Source of the DNA: an uncultured Chitinophagales bacterium
GTDB lineage: Bacteria > Bacteroidota > Rhodothermia > Balneolales > CAYWCV01
DNA: 35,945 nt
Direction of reading: 5' to 3'
NCBI GenBank assembly: GCA_964481355.1
Contig: CAYZWQ010000005.1
Span: 1 to 35,945, forward strand
The notes under the pieces were generated by a model. That model was not told the origin of the DNA. It did no database searches and saw nothing but the letters and a program-made list of their open reading frames with translations. Of this stretch, positions 1 to 7,605 are shown piece by piece (the stretch's first letter is position 1; each line of letters starts with the position of its first letter). Position numbers and translations under genes: made by a program.

Positions 1-119
1 TGTCAGCTCAGGATGACAAATGTGCGTTTTGAGATGAATAGAGCAAGTCAGGGGCGGCGCAGCCGCCCGTGACTTGCTCCCGACCCCCATAATAGCGCTG
101 CTGTCATCCTGAGCTGACA
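1..119. repeat. Nested palindromic (REP/MITE-like) element, possibly truncated by the window edge
   Basis: The outer inverted repeat is a perfect 18 bp: TGTCAGCTCAGGATGACA (1-18) and TGTCATCCTGAGCTGACA (102-119). An inner GC-rich hairpin pairs 41-58 with 62-79 at 17/18 bp around a 3-nt loop. It shares the GGATGACA...TGTCATCC inner arm ends with the element at 1504-1607. Confidence 0.7.
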
Positions 120-254
120 CATTGAGGGCGAAGCCCGAAACCGGAGGTTCCGAACAAAGTGAGGAATCGGGCGAAGGACCTTCCTGATGTACCGCACTAC
201 AAGTGCCTCAGCTAAATCCCAGAATAACAAGGAGGTTTTTCAAAGGTTTCTGAT

Positions 255-291
255 AATCATTGGTAGTCATTGCTAATGACTGCTAATGATT
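255..291 (+). promoter_or_regulatory. Imperfect 17-bp-arm palindrome upstream of the acyl-CoA dehydrogenase gene (candidate operator or 5' leader hairpin)
   Basis: AATCATTGGTAGTCATT gct AATGACTGCTAATGATT. 15 of 17 positions are complementary, and the two mismatches would be G-U wobbles in RNA. It lies 53 nt upstream of the ATG at 344. Confidence 0.35.
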
Positions 292-343
292 GAAATTCCG
301 TATATTTCGACAGTTAATTACGAAAACTATCCATTCTTCCTCA

Positions 344-1486
344 ATGCACATCGCTCCACTCACTCACCTCACCGAAGACGAAGCCATGCTGCGCGATGCG
401 GCGGCCGATTTTGCCAAATCCGTCATTACCCCGAAAGTCCATGAAATGGAAAAGAATGCCAAGCTCGACAAGGATATCGTCAAGCAGTTCTTCGAAATGG
501 GCCTCATGGGGATCGACATACCTGAGCAATACGGCGGGGCTGGGGGTACGTTCATGATGTCGATCTTGGCCATCGAGGAGATCTCGAAAGTGGACGCCTC
601 GGTGGGAGTGTTCATGGATGTGCAGAACACGCTCGTCAATAATGCCTTTGTGCGCTGGGGAAGCGAAGATGTGAAGCAGCGGTTCCTGCCGCAGCTTGCC
701 CAAAGCAAGGTTGGGGCGTATGCATTGTCGGAAGCTGGCTCAGGCAGCGACGCCTTCGCCCTGAAATGTCGTGCCCGGAAGGACGGCGAAAACTACGTGC
801 TGAATGGCACCAAACTCTGGATCACGAACGCCAACGAGGCCGACATTTTCATCGTGTTCGCCACGATCGATCCTGACCTCGGTTACAAGGGTATCACCGG
901 ATTCGTGGTTGAGCGCGGCATGCCGGGTTTCAGCATCGGCAAGAAGGAAGACAAACTGGGCATCCGTGCCAGCTCTACCTGCGAGCTGATCTTCGAAGAC
1001 TGCGTGGTGCCGGCCGCGAACATCCTCGGCGAAGTCGGAATGGGCTACAAGGTCGCCATCGAGACGCTCAACGAAGGACGTATTGGCATCGGTGCACAGA
1101 TGCTCGGCATCGCACGTGCCGCCCACGAAGCCGCACTCGCCTACACGAAGGAGCGCAAGCAGTTCGGCAAGGCGATCTTCGACTTCCAGGCGGTACAGTT
1201 CCAGCTGGCCGAAATGGCGCTCGACATCGAGACCACCAAGCTGTTGGTCTATCAGGCAGCGCGGCTCAAGACCGCCGGCGAACCCTTCCTAAAAGAGGCA
1301 GCAATGGCAAAGTACCATGCATCCGCTGTAGCCGAGAAGGTGGCGTCGATGGCCATCGATCTTTATGGCGGAAACGGCTATGTGACCGAGTACCCGGTCG
1401 AGAAGTACTGGCGCGACGCCAAGATCGGGAAGATCTACGAGGGCACCTCAAATATGCAGCTGGCAACGATCGCTAAACTGCTCTGA
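344..1486 (+). CDS. Acyl-CoA dehydrogenase (short/branched-chain type)
   Basis: ACAD motifs are present: YALSEAGSGSDAF, YVLNGTKLWITNA, QFGKAIFDFQAVQFQLAEM and the C-terminal IYEGTSNMQ. The tracked ORF opens at TTG 290. The ATG at 344 gives a typical 380-aa ACAD. Confidence 0.93.
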   Translation: MHIAPLTHLTEDEAMLRDAAADFAKSVITPKVHEMEKNAKLDKDIVKQFFEMGLMGIDIPEQYGGAGGTFMMSILAIEEISKVDASVGVFMDVQNTLVNNAFVRWGSEDVKQRFLPQLAQSKVGAYALSEAGSGSDAFALKCRARKDGENYVLNGTKLWITNANEADIFIVFATIDPDLGYKGITGFVVERGMPGFSIGKKEDKLGIRASSTCELIFEDCVVPAANILGEVGMGYKVAIETLNEGRIGIGAQMLGIARAAHEAALAYTKERKQFGKAIFDFQAVQFQLAEMALDIETTKLLVYQAARLKTAGEPFLKEAAMAKYHASAVAEKVASMAIDLYGGNGYVTEYPVEKYWRDAKIGKIYEGTSNMQLATIAKLL

Positions 1487-1503
1487 AAGAATATGTCTTC
1501 GAT

Positions 1504-1607
1504 ATAGGTCCCTACGGGATGACAATTGTGATAATTAAGTAAAAAGGGGCACAAAGTGCCGCCTTTTTCTTTTGAACGTAATGTCGTGTCATCCCGTAGG
1601 GACCTAT
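1504..1607. repeat. Nested palindromic element enclosing a bidirectional terminator
   Basis: Perfect 21-bp inverted repeat: ATAGGTCCCTACGGGATGACA (1504-1524) and TGTCATCCCGTAGGGACCTAT (1587-1607). The inner arm ends GGATGACA / TGTCATCC are the same as in the element at 1-119. Confidence 0.75.
1541..1571. terminator. Bidirectional rho-independent terminator between convergent genes
   Basis: AAAAAGGGGCAC aaa GTGCCGCCTTTTTCTTTT. A GC stem with a one-base bulge is flanked by an A-tract upstream and a T-tract downstream. It sits between the stop at 1486 (+) and the stop at 1620 (-). Confidence 0.7.
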
Positions 1608-1619
1608 GCCGCAAGCATC

Positions 1620-2036
1620 TTATCTACCGCGCCTCTGCAGCATCTCCATTCGGCGGCGGTGGTGTTTCTCCCAAATTTCGAACTGATCGTCATTTAGCAC
1701 CTCACGCATCTTGGCGCTCAGGCTGTCGTGTTGTGCACCTACGCGCTCGCGTGTGTCCCTGTTGGCATCCTGCAATGTACGGCGCACATTCTGAGTGAAT
1801 TCGAGCGTGAGCTTTTCAACTATGTCGCGTTGCTCGCTGCTGAGGTTGAGTTCTTCGGCAAGCCTGCGTCGTTCCCGCATTTCGCGTTCCCTGTTTTCAA
1901 CTCGATCCGGACCTCGGTTCTGCGACCATTGGTTTCTGGGGGTGGGGAGAGGCTCGCGCGGAACCAGGTATCCGGCAACGAATCCGAACACGAATGTGAC
2001 AAGGAAGGCGACTGTTATCCAAATTTTTGTCTTCAC
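1620..2036 (-). CDS. Spy/CpxP-like periplasmic protein (LTXXQ-type), last gene of the ECF sigma operon
   Basis: It has an N-terminal TM/signal segment (IWITVAFLVTFVFGFVAGYL). The remainder is charged and helical, with LSSEQ and LNDDQ motifs resembling LTXXQ. It starts 6 nt after the anti-sigma gene. Confidence 0.6.
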   Translation of the reverse strand: MKTKIWITVAFLVTFVFGFVAGYLVPREPLPTPRNQWSQNRGPDRVENREREMRERRRLAEELNLSSEQRDIVEKLTLEFTQNVRRTLQDANRDTRERVGAQHDSLSAKMREVLNDDQFEIWEKHHRRRMEMLQRRGR

Positions 2037-2042
2037 GTTCGT

Positions 2043-2486
2043 TTACCTCTGTGATGGTGTGTCGATGTCGAGAACCGACCAGCTGAGTGCGTCCTGTTCC
2101 AAGGATTCAAACATGGTTGTGATTTCGTCATCGATCATGTCGGTGTCGGTCGTAGTTGTCGGGATGGCATGCAAGGCCATGAAGAACAGGATCACCCCAA
2201 TCCCGGAGGCGAGCACATAGCGCTTGAAGATGCGGATTGCATCATACTGCCATTGGTCCTGGCTGGCCGAGCGCATCTTTTGGCGCAGGCGGCTAACGGC
2301 AAACGGATCTGGCTGCACGTCGGCATACGACGCGCGGATCGGCAGGCCGCCCATTTGCATGCGATACTCGGACAACAGCTGTGGATGGAATTGCAAGTCA
2401 GCCTCAAGTGCTTTGATTTGCTGTTCGTTCAGCAGCCCGTCGATGGCCTCCGTGATGCGTTCTTCTAAATTTCTGATATCGTTCAT
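2043..2486 (-). CDS. Putative anti-sigma factor (single-pass membrane protein)
   Basis: Its start overlaps the sigma gene stop by 4 nt. It has an N-terminal helical cytoplasmic part and one TM segment (YVLASGIGVILFFMALHAI). No HxxxCxxC zinc motif was seen. Confidence 0.55.
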   Translation of the reverse strand: MNDIRNLEERITEAIDGLLNEQQIKALEADLQFHPQLLSEYRMQMGGLPIRASYADVQPDPFAVSRLRQKMRSASQDQWQYDAIRIFKRYVLASGIGVILFFMALHAIPTTTTDTDMIDDEITTMFESLEQDALSWSVLDIDTPSQR

Positions 2487-3049
2487 GGCGTTACTCCATA
2501 TAGTTCGAGCTGCTCTCTCATCATCTTTCTGGCCTTAAACAGGCGACTTTTCACTGTTCCTTCGGGGATGTCCAAGATTTTGGAAATCTCGTCGTAACTC
2601 AGGTCTTGAATCTCGCGAAATACGATCACCGAACGAAACTCCTCGGGCAAAAGTGCCAGGGCCTTGTCGATCCAGTACCGTGTGTCCTTGTCTTCGGCGA
2701 CGTCCACACCAGAGGGATCCGGGAAGTCGTGGTCGGAGTCGGGTTGCTTGAACCAGTCAAAAATAAACTGTCCGCGAAATTTGCGTCTACGCATGGCGTC
2801 GAGGCACACGTTGCGGGCGATGCGGTAGGTCCAGGTGTAAAGGCTGCTGTCGCCACGGAAGCTTTCGATGTTGCGATATGCCTTCAAGAACGCCTCCTGG
2901 GTCAAATCGTCGACGTCCAGACCGGTGCCGGCGGTTATGCCTGCAACGGCGCGGTATACCCTCGGATACAGACGCTCGAGCGCCTGTCCAAGGGCGACGT
3001 GGTCGCCCGACTCTATTGCCTCGACATCATGCATGATTGCCAGAAACAT
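2483..3049 (-). CDS. ECF-type RNA polymerase sigma-70 factor
   Basis: Region 2 reads DDLTQEAFLKAYRNIESFRGDSSLYTWTYRIARNVCLDAMRRR. Region 4 reads VIVFREIQDLSYDEISKILDIPEGTVKSRLFKARK. The tracked ORF opens at GTG 3121, but that codon lies inside a candidate ECF promoter. The ATG at 3049 gives an RpoE-like 188 aa. ATGs at 3100, 3094 and 3034 are alternatives. Confidence 0.88.
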   Translation of the reverse strand: MFLAIMHDVEAIESGDHVALGQALERLYPRVYRAVAGITAGTGLDVDDLTQEAFLKAYRNIESFRGDSSLYTWTYRIARNVCLDAMRRRKFRGQFIFDWFKQPDSDHDFPDPSGVDVAEDKDTRYWIDKALALLPEEFRSVIVFREIQDLSYDEISKILDIPEGTVKSRLFKARKMMREQLELYGVTP

Positions 3050-3113
3050 GGGTTGATGCAGGGCTAAATCGTAACGGTGTGAAAATGACGACATGGGCAT
3101 GTGATGCAAATTC

Positions 3114-3138
3114 GACGGCACAAATAGTTGCAGCGTTC
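3114..3138 (-). promoter_or_regulatory. Candidate autoregulatory ECF-type promoter (GAAC-N17-CGTC)
   Basis: The minus strand reads GAAC GCTGCAACTATTTGTGC CGTC. This matches the generic ECF -35 AAC and -10 CGT architecture. It lies immediately upstream of the sigma coding region. Confidence 0.4.
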
Positions 3139-3243
3139 ACCCACATAGACGCACAAGTAACCGATACGTTCGCGCAGTCATGCATTTTTGATCATCTCAC
3201 GTATATTCATCCGATTTCATTTCTGAAAATATCCAAAGTTTTG

Positions 3244-3268
3244 GAACGATCGCGCAACCATAATCGCT
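3244..3268 (+). promoter_or_regulatory. Candidate ECF-like promoter (GAAC-N17-CGCT) facing the PAS gene
   Basis: The plus strand reads TTGGAAC GATCGCGCAACCATAAT CGCT, about 70 nt upstream of the ATG at 3338. The -10 element is imperfect. Confidence 0.25.
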
Positions 3269-3337
3269 TTATCCAAAATGAGCCCGGCACCACGGCATCA
3301 CATATTCCAAGTACTCATTCGATAGCAACCGACAACA

Positions 3338-4609
3338 ATGACAGAAGAGCAACATCAACTGCTGCGCTCGTGCGCGAAAGACGAGAAAGCATTTGAAGAA
3401 CTCAAAGCTACCTTCGACGCCCTGAACACTGATTGCGAGCGTTTCAAGACGAACCTGTGGCTTTTGGAACAGGCCATCAAGAATGACTACGATTCCATTT
3501 TAATCACAGACATCGAGTTGGTTGACGGTGGACCCAAAATCGTTTATGTGAACGAGGGCTTCACCAAAATGACCGGATACAGCCGTGAGGAAGCGATCGG
3601 AAAGACCCCGCGAATACTCCAGGGTCCGAAGACCGACAAGGGCACTCTGGCCCACCTTAAAAAGTCGCTTGTAGAGGGGCATTCCTTTTTTGGCCAAGCC
3701 GTGAACTATCGCAAGGATGGTTCCGAATTCATCAACCAATGGGACATACACCCCATTTACAACGACAAGGGCGAGCTTACGCATTGGGTTTCCTACCAGC
3801 ACGACATCACGACCAAGAAGCGCGCAGAAGCCACATATGTGGAGCAAAACGCTGACTTCGACACGATGGACGAGCTGTCGAAGCGCACCTTAGTCGATTT
3901 CGATCCCGAAGGGCGCATCATCTATGCCAACAAGGCGTTCAGAGCGCTCTCGGGATACGAGAAGGAAGAACTCGCCCGCATGTCGATTTGGGACGTGATC
4001 AGCAACCGCCATTCCCATTCCCTCAAGGCGCGTTTTTTGGCCGTCGACCAACCGAACGATCTGGAGAAGAACAAGATCAAGACGGTGATCACCCACAAGT
4101 CGGGTCTTCCGATTCAAGTGGAGATAAGCTGCCATCACCACGAGCTCACCGAGGGCAGGCTGATCCGTGCGAACATCCAGAACCTCACCTTGCAGAAGCG
4201 CATCCTGAAGACGCTAAGCAAACGCAATGTGAATTTCTCCCGCCTGGTCGAGAAGAACTCCGATTTCACGTACCATCTGATCGCCCAGCCTACGGGACTC
4301 CATCATTTCGATTGGGTCTCGGACACCTTCGGCAAAGTAACGGGCCATAGCCCCGACAAGGCGCTTGTCGCCGGTGGATGGCGAGACCTTATCCATCCCG
4401 ACGACTTGCATTTGGTTCAGGAGCACCTCAGCAAAGTGTTGTCGGGCAAGTCGACCGTAACAGAGTACCGAATGGTCGACTCCAACGGCGGTATCCTGAA
4501 AGTGATCGATTACGGTAAGCCCGTTTTCGACCCCAACACGGGCAAAGTGGTGTCGGTATCAGGCGCGATCATGGACGTCACCAAAGACCGGCATCAAAAC
4601 CCGGTCTGA
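3338..4609 (+). CDS. Multi-PAS sensor protein without a recognisable output domain; the first PAS is LOV-like but lacks the adduct cysteine
   Basis: An N-terminal coiled-coil-like segment is followed by about three PAS-like blocks. PAS1 (aa 54-158) reads IVYVNEGFTKMTGYSREEAIGKTPRILQGPKTD...NYRKDGSEFINQW...SYQHDIT. No kinase, GGDEF or HTH motifs were seen. Confidence 0.8.
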   Translation: MTEEQHQLLRSCAKDEKAFEELKATFDALNTDCERFKTNLWLLEQAIKNDYDSILITDIELVDGGPKIVYVNEGFTKMTGYSREEAIGKTPRILQGPKTDKGTLAHLKKSLVEGHSFFGQAVNYRKDGSEFINQWDIHPIYNDKGELTHWVSYQHDITTKKRAEATYVEQNADFDTMDELSKRTLVDFDPEGRIIYANKAFRALSGYEKEELARMSIWDVISNRHSHSLKARFLAVDQPNDLEKNKIKTVITHKSGLPIQVEISCHHHELTEGRLIRANIQNLTLQKRILKTLSKRNVNFSRLVEKNSDFTYHLIAQPTGLHHFDWVSDTFGKVTGHSPDKALVAGGWRDLIHPDDLHLVQEHLSKVLSGKSTVTEYRMVDSNGGILKVIDYGKPVFDPNTGKVVSVSGAIMDVTKDRHQNPV

Positions 4610-5224
4610 TCAAGCGCCACAGTAGCGCGTCTGATATTCGTCGACGTTGACGGTACGTAGCCACTCGGCCCTTCCGAAATCGTCGCAGCCCGACTTGGTC
4701 TGACCCTTGCTCACCTTTGCGAGGCCCCGGTCCACATAGGCGTGGGCATCGCGTGGGCTAATTTCGAGTGCCAGATTTAGGTCGGCGATCGCGTCATCAT
4801 ATTTGCCCATGTTCAGGCTAGCCTTGCCACGCGCCTTGAATGTGTTGCCATGCCTTGGATTCAACTGTATGGCCTTGGTTAAACTTTTATATGCTTCACT
4901 GTTGTTGCCGGCTTCGATGAGAGCCATGCCCCTTTGGTACCACAGGTTATGATCGGTCGGATCGAGGTCGGTGGCCTGTTTCAGCAGCGTGGCGGCCTTG
5001 GTGGGATTTCCTCCCATGAGAGCATCCATGGCCTCATTTTTGAGCGAGTTGGCCTCAAGTGCCATTTTTTCCTGCGGTGTCAGAACCGTGTCGGAAGCTG
5101 CGGCCTCCATTGCCTGCCGATGTGCTTCGGCCACACGGTTTTCGCCGCAGGCGATGGTGCCGATCGAGGCAGCAAGGAGTAGAAGAGCCAGCGAGAGTGG
5201 CTTATGTAAGCGAAATAGGGTCAT
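4610..5224 (-). CDS. TPR-repeat lipoprotein
   Basis: The signal peptide ends in a cysteine (LLLLAASIGTIAC). TPR-like repeats follow, for example AATLLKQATDLDPTDHNLWYQRGMALIEAGNNSEAYKSLTKAIQLNP. Confidence 0.75.
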   Translation of the reverse strand: MTLFRLHKPLSLALLLLAASIGTIACGENRVAEAHRQAMEAAASDTVLTPQEKMALEANSLKNEAMDALMGGNPTKAATLLKQATDLDPTDHNLWYQRGMALIEAGNNSEAYKSLTKAIQLNPRHGNTFKARGKASLNMGKYDDAIADLNLALEISPRDAHAYVDRGLAKVSKGQTKSGCDDFGRAEWLRTVNVDEYQTRYCGA

Positions 5225-5256
5225 TCTGCGTCGTTTCGTTTTCGTTCTGTCTGATT

Positions 5257-5844
5257 TTACTGAGCAATTGGGATGATGTTTCCTGCCGATGTCGCCGCTA
5301 TAATCTCGACGACTTGTCCAACGTGGTCAAGAACGGGGATGTTGTGCATCCTGATCCATTCCATGTCCTCGTTCTGTTCGTGGACGGACCTGACAAAGAA
5401 GGATTTCATGCCGAGCCGAACGGATGGCTTCAAGTCGGAAACCTTGTCGCCCACCATCACCGACTGCGAGAAATCGACTCCCAATTCCTTGGCAGCCAGT
5501 TCGAACATGCCCGTGCCCGGTTTGCGGTAGTGCAGCAGGCTCGGGTCCATCCCGTCGTGGAATTCGGGGTGGAAGGGGGCCACGAACCAACGGTCGATAT
5601 GTGCGCCTGCCTTTGCAAGCTCCGAATCGACCCATCGGTGCAGGTTCTGAACCTCTTTCATGCCGTACTTGCCACGCATCACGCCCGATTGGTTGGTAAC
5701 CACGATGGCGAGCCATCCGTTGTCGTTCATCCAGCGGATGCTCTCTACGGCCTGTTCGCACCACGTCCACTGCGAGGGCAGGTGGACGTAATCGTAATCG
5801 ACGTTGAGGGTTCCGTCCCGGTCCAGAAAAAAGGCTTTACTCAT
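5257..5844 (-). CDS. HAD-IIIA family phosphatase, GmhB-like (D,D-heptose 1,7-bisphosphate phosphatase family)
   Basis: HAD motif I is FLDRDGTLN, motif II is VVTNQSG, followed by YRKPGTGM and a GD..SD motif. The Zn-binding cysteines typical of GmhB appear to be replaced, so substrate assignment is tentative. Confidence 0.8.
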   Translation of the reverse strand: MSKAFFLDRDGTLNVDYDYVHLPSQWTWCEQAVESIRWMNDNGWLAIVVTNQSGVMRGKYGMKEVQNLHRWVDSELAKAGAHIDRWFVAPFHPEFHDGMDPSLLHYRKPGTGMFELAAKELGVDFSQSVMVGDKVSDLKPSVRLGMKSFFVRSVHEQNEDMEWIRMHNIPVLDHVGQVVEIIAATSAGNIIPIAQ

Positions 5845-5993
5845 AGATGTTTGTACTATCTCAATAAGATAGGCATATCGCGGTGATGCTCCAATCGTGG
5901 ATGGACTGCTACGAAAATCGAGGATTGAGCTTCTCGCATCGTTTGACTAAATTGCGCCCACACAGTCGACGCATCCCACCACGAGCAACACCA

Positions 5994-6542
5994 TTGAACC
6001 CTATCCGGATACTGTCGCACGAAGACCTGCAGCGCACGTTCATGCGCCTGGCACATCAGTTCATGGAGCCTCATGGCAATTTCGACGATGTCGTCTTGAT
6101 CGGGATGCAACCCAGAGGGGTTCACATCGCCCGGGCCATCAATCAATATATCGGCCAATTTTACGGTCAACAGCTTCCTTTTGGCCTGCTCGATGTCACG
6201 TTTTACCGCGACGACTTCCGCACGCGCATGAAAATGCCGCAGGTGCACGTCACCGACATTCCCTTCGACATCTTCGGCAGGCATGTGATATTGGTGGACG
6301 ACGTGCTCTACACCGGCCGCACGATACGCTCGGCCATGGATGCCCTGATGCATTTCGGGCGTCCAGCCACCATCACCTGTTGCTGCCTCATCGATCGTGG
6401 GCATCGGGAGCTGCCGGTCACGGCCGACTATATCGGCAAGACGATTCCTACCCACGCCAACGAAGAGATTCAGGTGAGACTGGAGCCAGACGATCCCGAT
6501 ATGGGGGTCTACATCGTGCATGGGGAGGCCGGCGATGAATGA
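5994..6542 (+). CDS. pyrR: PyrR, bifunctional pyrimidine regulatory protein / uracil phosphoribosyltransferase
   Basis: The PRPP motif is VILVDDVLYTGRTIRSAMDAL, followed by LIDRGHRELPVTADYIGKTIPT. The ORF is open from GTG 5883 / ATG 5886. The TTG at 5994 aligns best with the roughly 180-aa PyrR N-terminus. Confidence 0.85.
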   Translation: MNPIRILSHEDLQRTFMRLAHQFMEPHGNFDDVVLIGMQPRGVHIARAINQYIGQFYGQQLPFGLLDVTFYRDDFRTRMKMPQVHVTDIPFDIFGRHVILVDDVLYTGRTIRSAMDALMHFGRPATITCCCLIDRGHRELPVTADYIGKTIPTHANEEIQVRLEPDDPDMGVYIVHGEAGDE

Positions 6543-7494
6543 TTTGCGCGACGATTACACGTTTTCGCATCAGCACTTGCTAGGATTGGCCGATTATACT
6601 GCCGACGACATCGTCTATGTGCTCGATCAGGCGCGGTATTTCCGGGAGATTTTGGATCGTCCGATTCCAAAGATCCCAAGTCTTCGCGACAAGACCATCG
6701 TCAACCTTTTTTACGAAAACAGCACGCGCACCAGGATATCGTTCGAGCTCGCACAACGGAGGATGGCTGCCGACGTGGTCAATTTTTCGGCGTCGTCGTC
6801 GTCATCGAAGAAGGGTGAGTCGCTCAAGGACACCATCCGCAACATTGAGTCGATGAAAATAGATATGGTGGTGGTGCGTCACGAGAGCCCCGGTGTGCCG
6901 CACTTCCTCACGCGCTGCGTTGATGCGAGCATCATCAATGCCGGTGACGGAGCCCATGAGCACCCGACGCAGGCTTTGCTCGACCTGTACAGTATCCGGG
7001 AACAGTTTCCGGGTCGCAGCCGCCTCGACGGAGTCAATATCGCGATCATCGGAGACATCTCTCACAGCCGCGTGGTGCGTTCGAACCTGATTGGCATGCA
7101 GAAGCTGGGTGCCAAGGTCGTGCTATGTGGACCCAAGACCATGATGCCCCACTCGGTGCGTGAACTCGGGGTGGACGTGTCGCACAACTTGGAGGAGACC
7201 CTGGCATGGTGCGACGTCGCAATGGCGCTCCGCATCCAGTTGGAGCGTCAGGACGAGGGTACGGCATTGTTTCCAAGTCTTCGCGAATACCATGAACGGT
7301 TTGGCATCAAGCGGAGTCACCTCGAGAAGTACCCCGATTTTCGGATCATGCATCCCGGACCCATCAACCGTGGAGTGGAGCTTGAGAGCGAGGTGGCCGA
7401 CAGCGACCGCAGCATCATCCTCGATCAGGTGACCAACGGTGTGGCGGTGCGCATGGCGGTGCTCTACTTGGTAGCCGGCGGTACCAGGGCATGA
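6535..7494 (+). CDS. pyrB: Aspartate carbamoyltransferase catalytic subunit
   Basis: Motifs ENSTRTRISFE, HPTQALLDLYSI and HPGPINRGVE are present. The ATG at 6535 overlaps the pyrR stop (ATGAATGA). The tracked ORF opens at 6520. Confidence 0.95.
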   Translation: MNDLRDDYTFSHQHLLGLADYTADDIVYVLDQARYFREILDRPIPKIPSLRDKTIVNLFYENSTRTRISFELAQRRMAADVVNFSASSSSSKKGESLKDTIRNIESMKIDMVVVRHESPGVPHFLTRCVDASIINAGDGAHEHPTQALLDLYSIREQFPGRSRLDGVNIAIIGDISHSRVVRSNLIGMQKLGAKVVLCGPKTMMPHSVRELGVDVSHNLEETLAWCDVAMALRIQLERQDEGTALFPSLREYHERFGIKRSHLEKYPDFRIMHPGPINRGVELESEVADSDRSIILDQVTNGVAVRMAVLYLVAGGTRA

Positions 7495-7605
7495 GCATGC
7501 ACAAGCATCACATGTTGGTGCGACACGTTTCGGGATGTTAACTTAGGTTCGCTGTGTGCAGCAGAGGCGATCAGACGCCGTCCAGAATTATCATTCCCGC
7601 TCACT

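Noticed and set aside
48-230. 60-aa minus-strand ORF at the left edge
   Set aside because: It overlaps the palindromic repeat element, and its sequence is dictated by the hairpins. It has no motifs and is most likely non-coding.
3497-3811. Calling the first PAS domain a canonical blue-light LOV photoreceptor
   Set aside because: The adduct-forming cysteine is absent (GKTPRILQG rather than GxNCRFLQG), and PRILQ-type PAS domains are common in non-photoreceptor sensors. It is kept only as a LOV-like hypothesis.
5845-5993. Search for a PyrR-binding RNA loop / attenuator upstream of pyrR-pyrB
   Set aside because: No UCCAGAGAGG-like binding loop or terminator/antiterminator pair was seen. Only a 6-bp CTATCT/AGATAG stem is present. 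There is no support for PyrR-mediated attenuation here.
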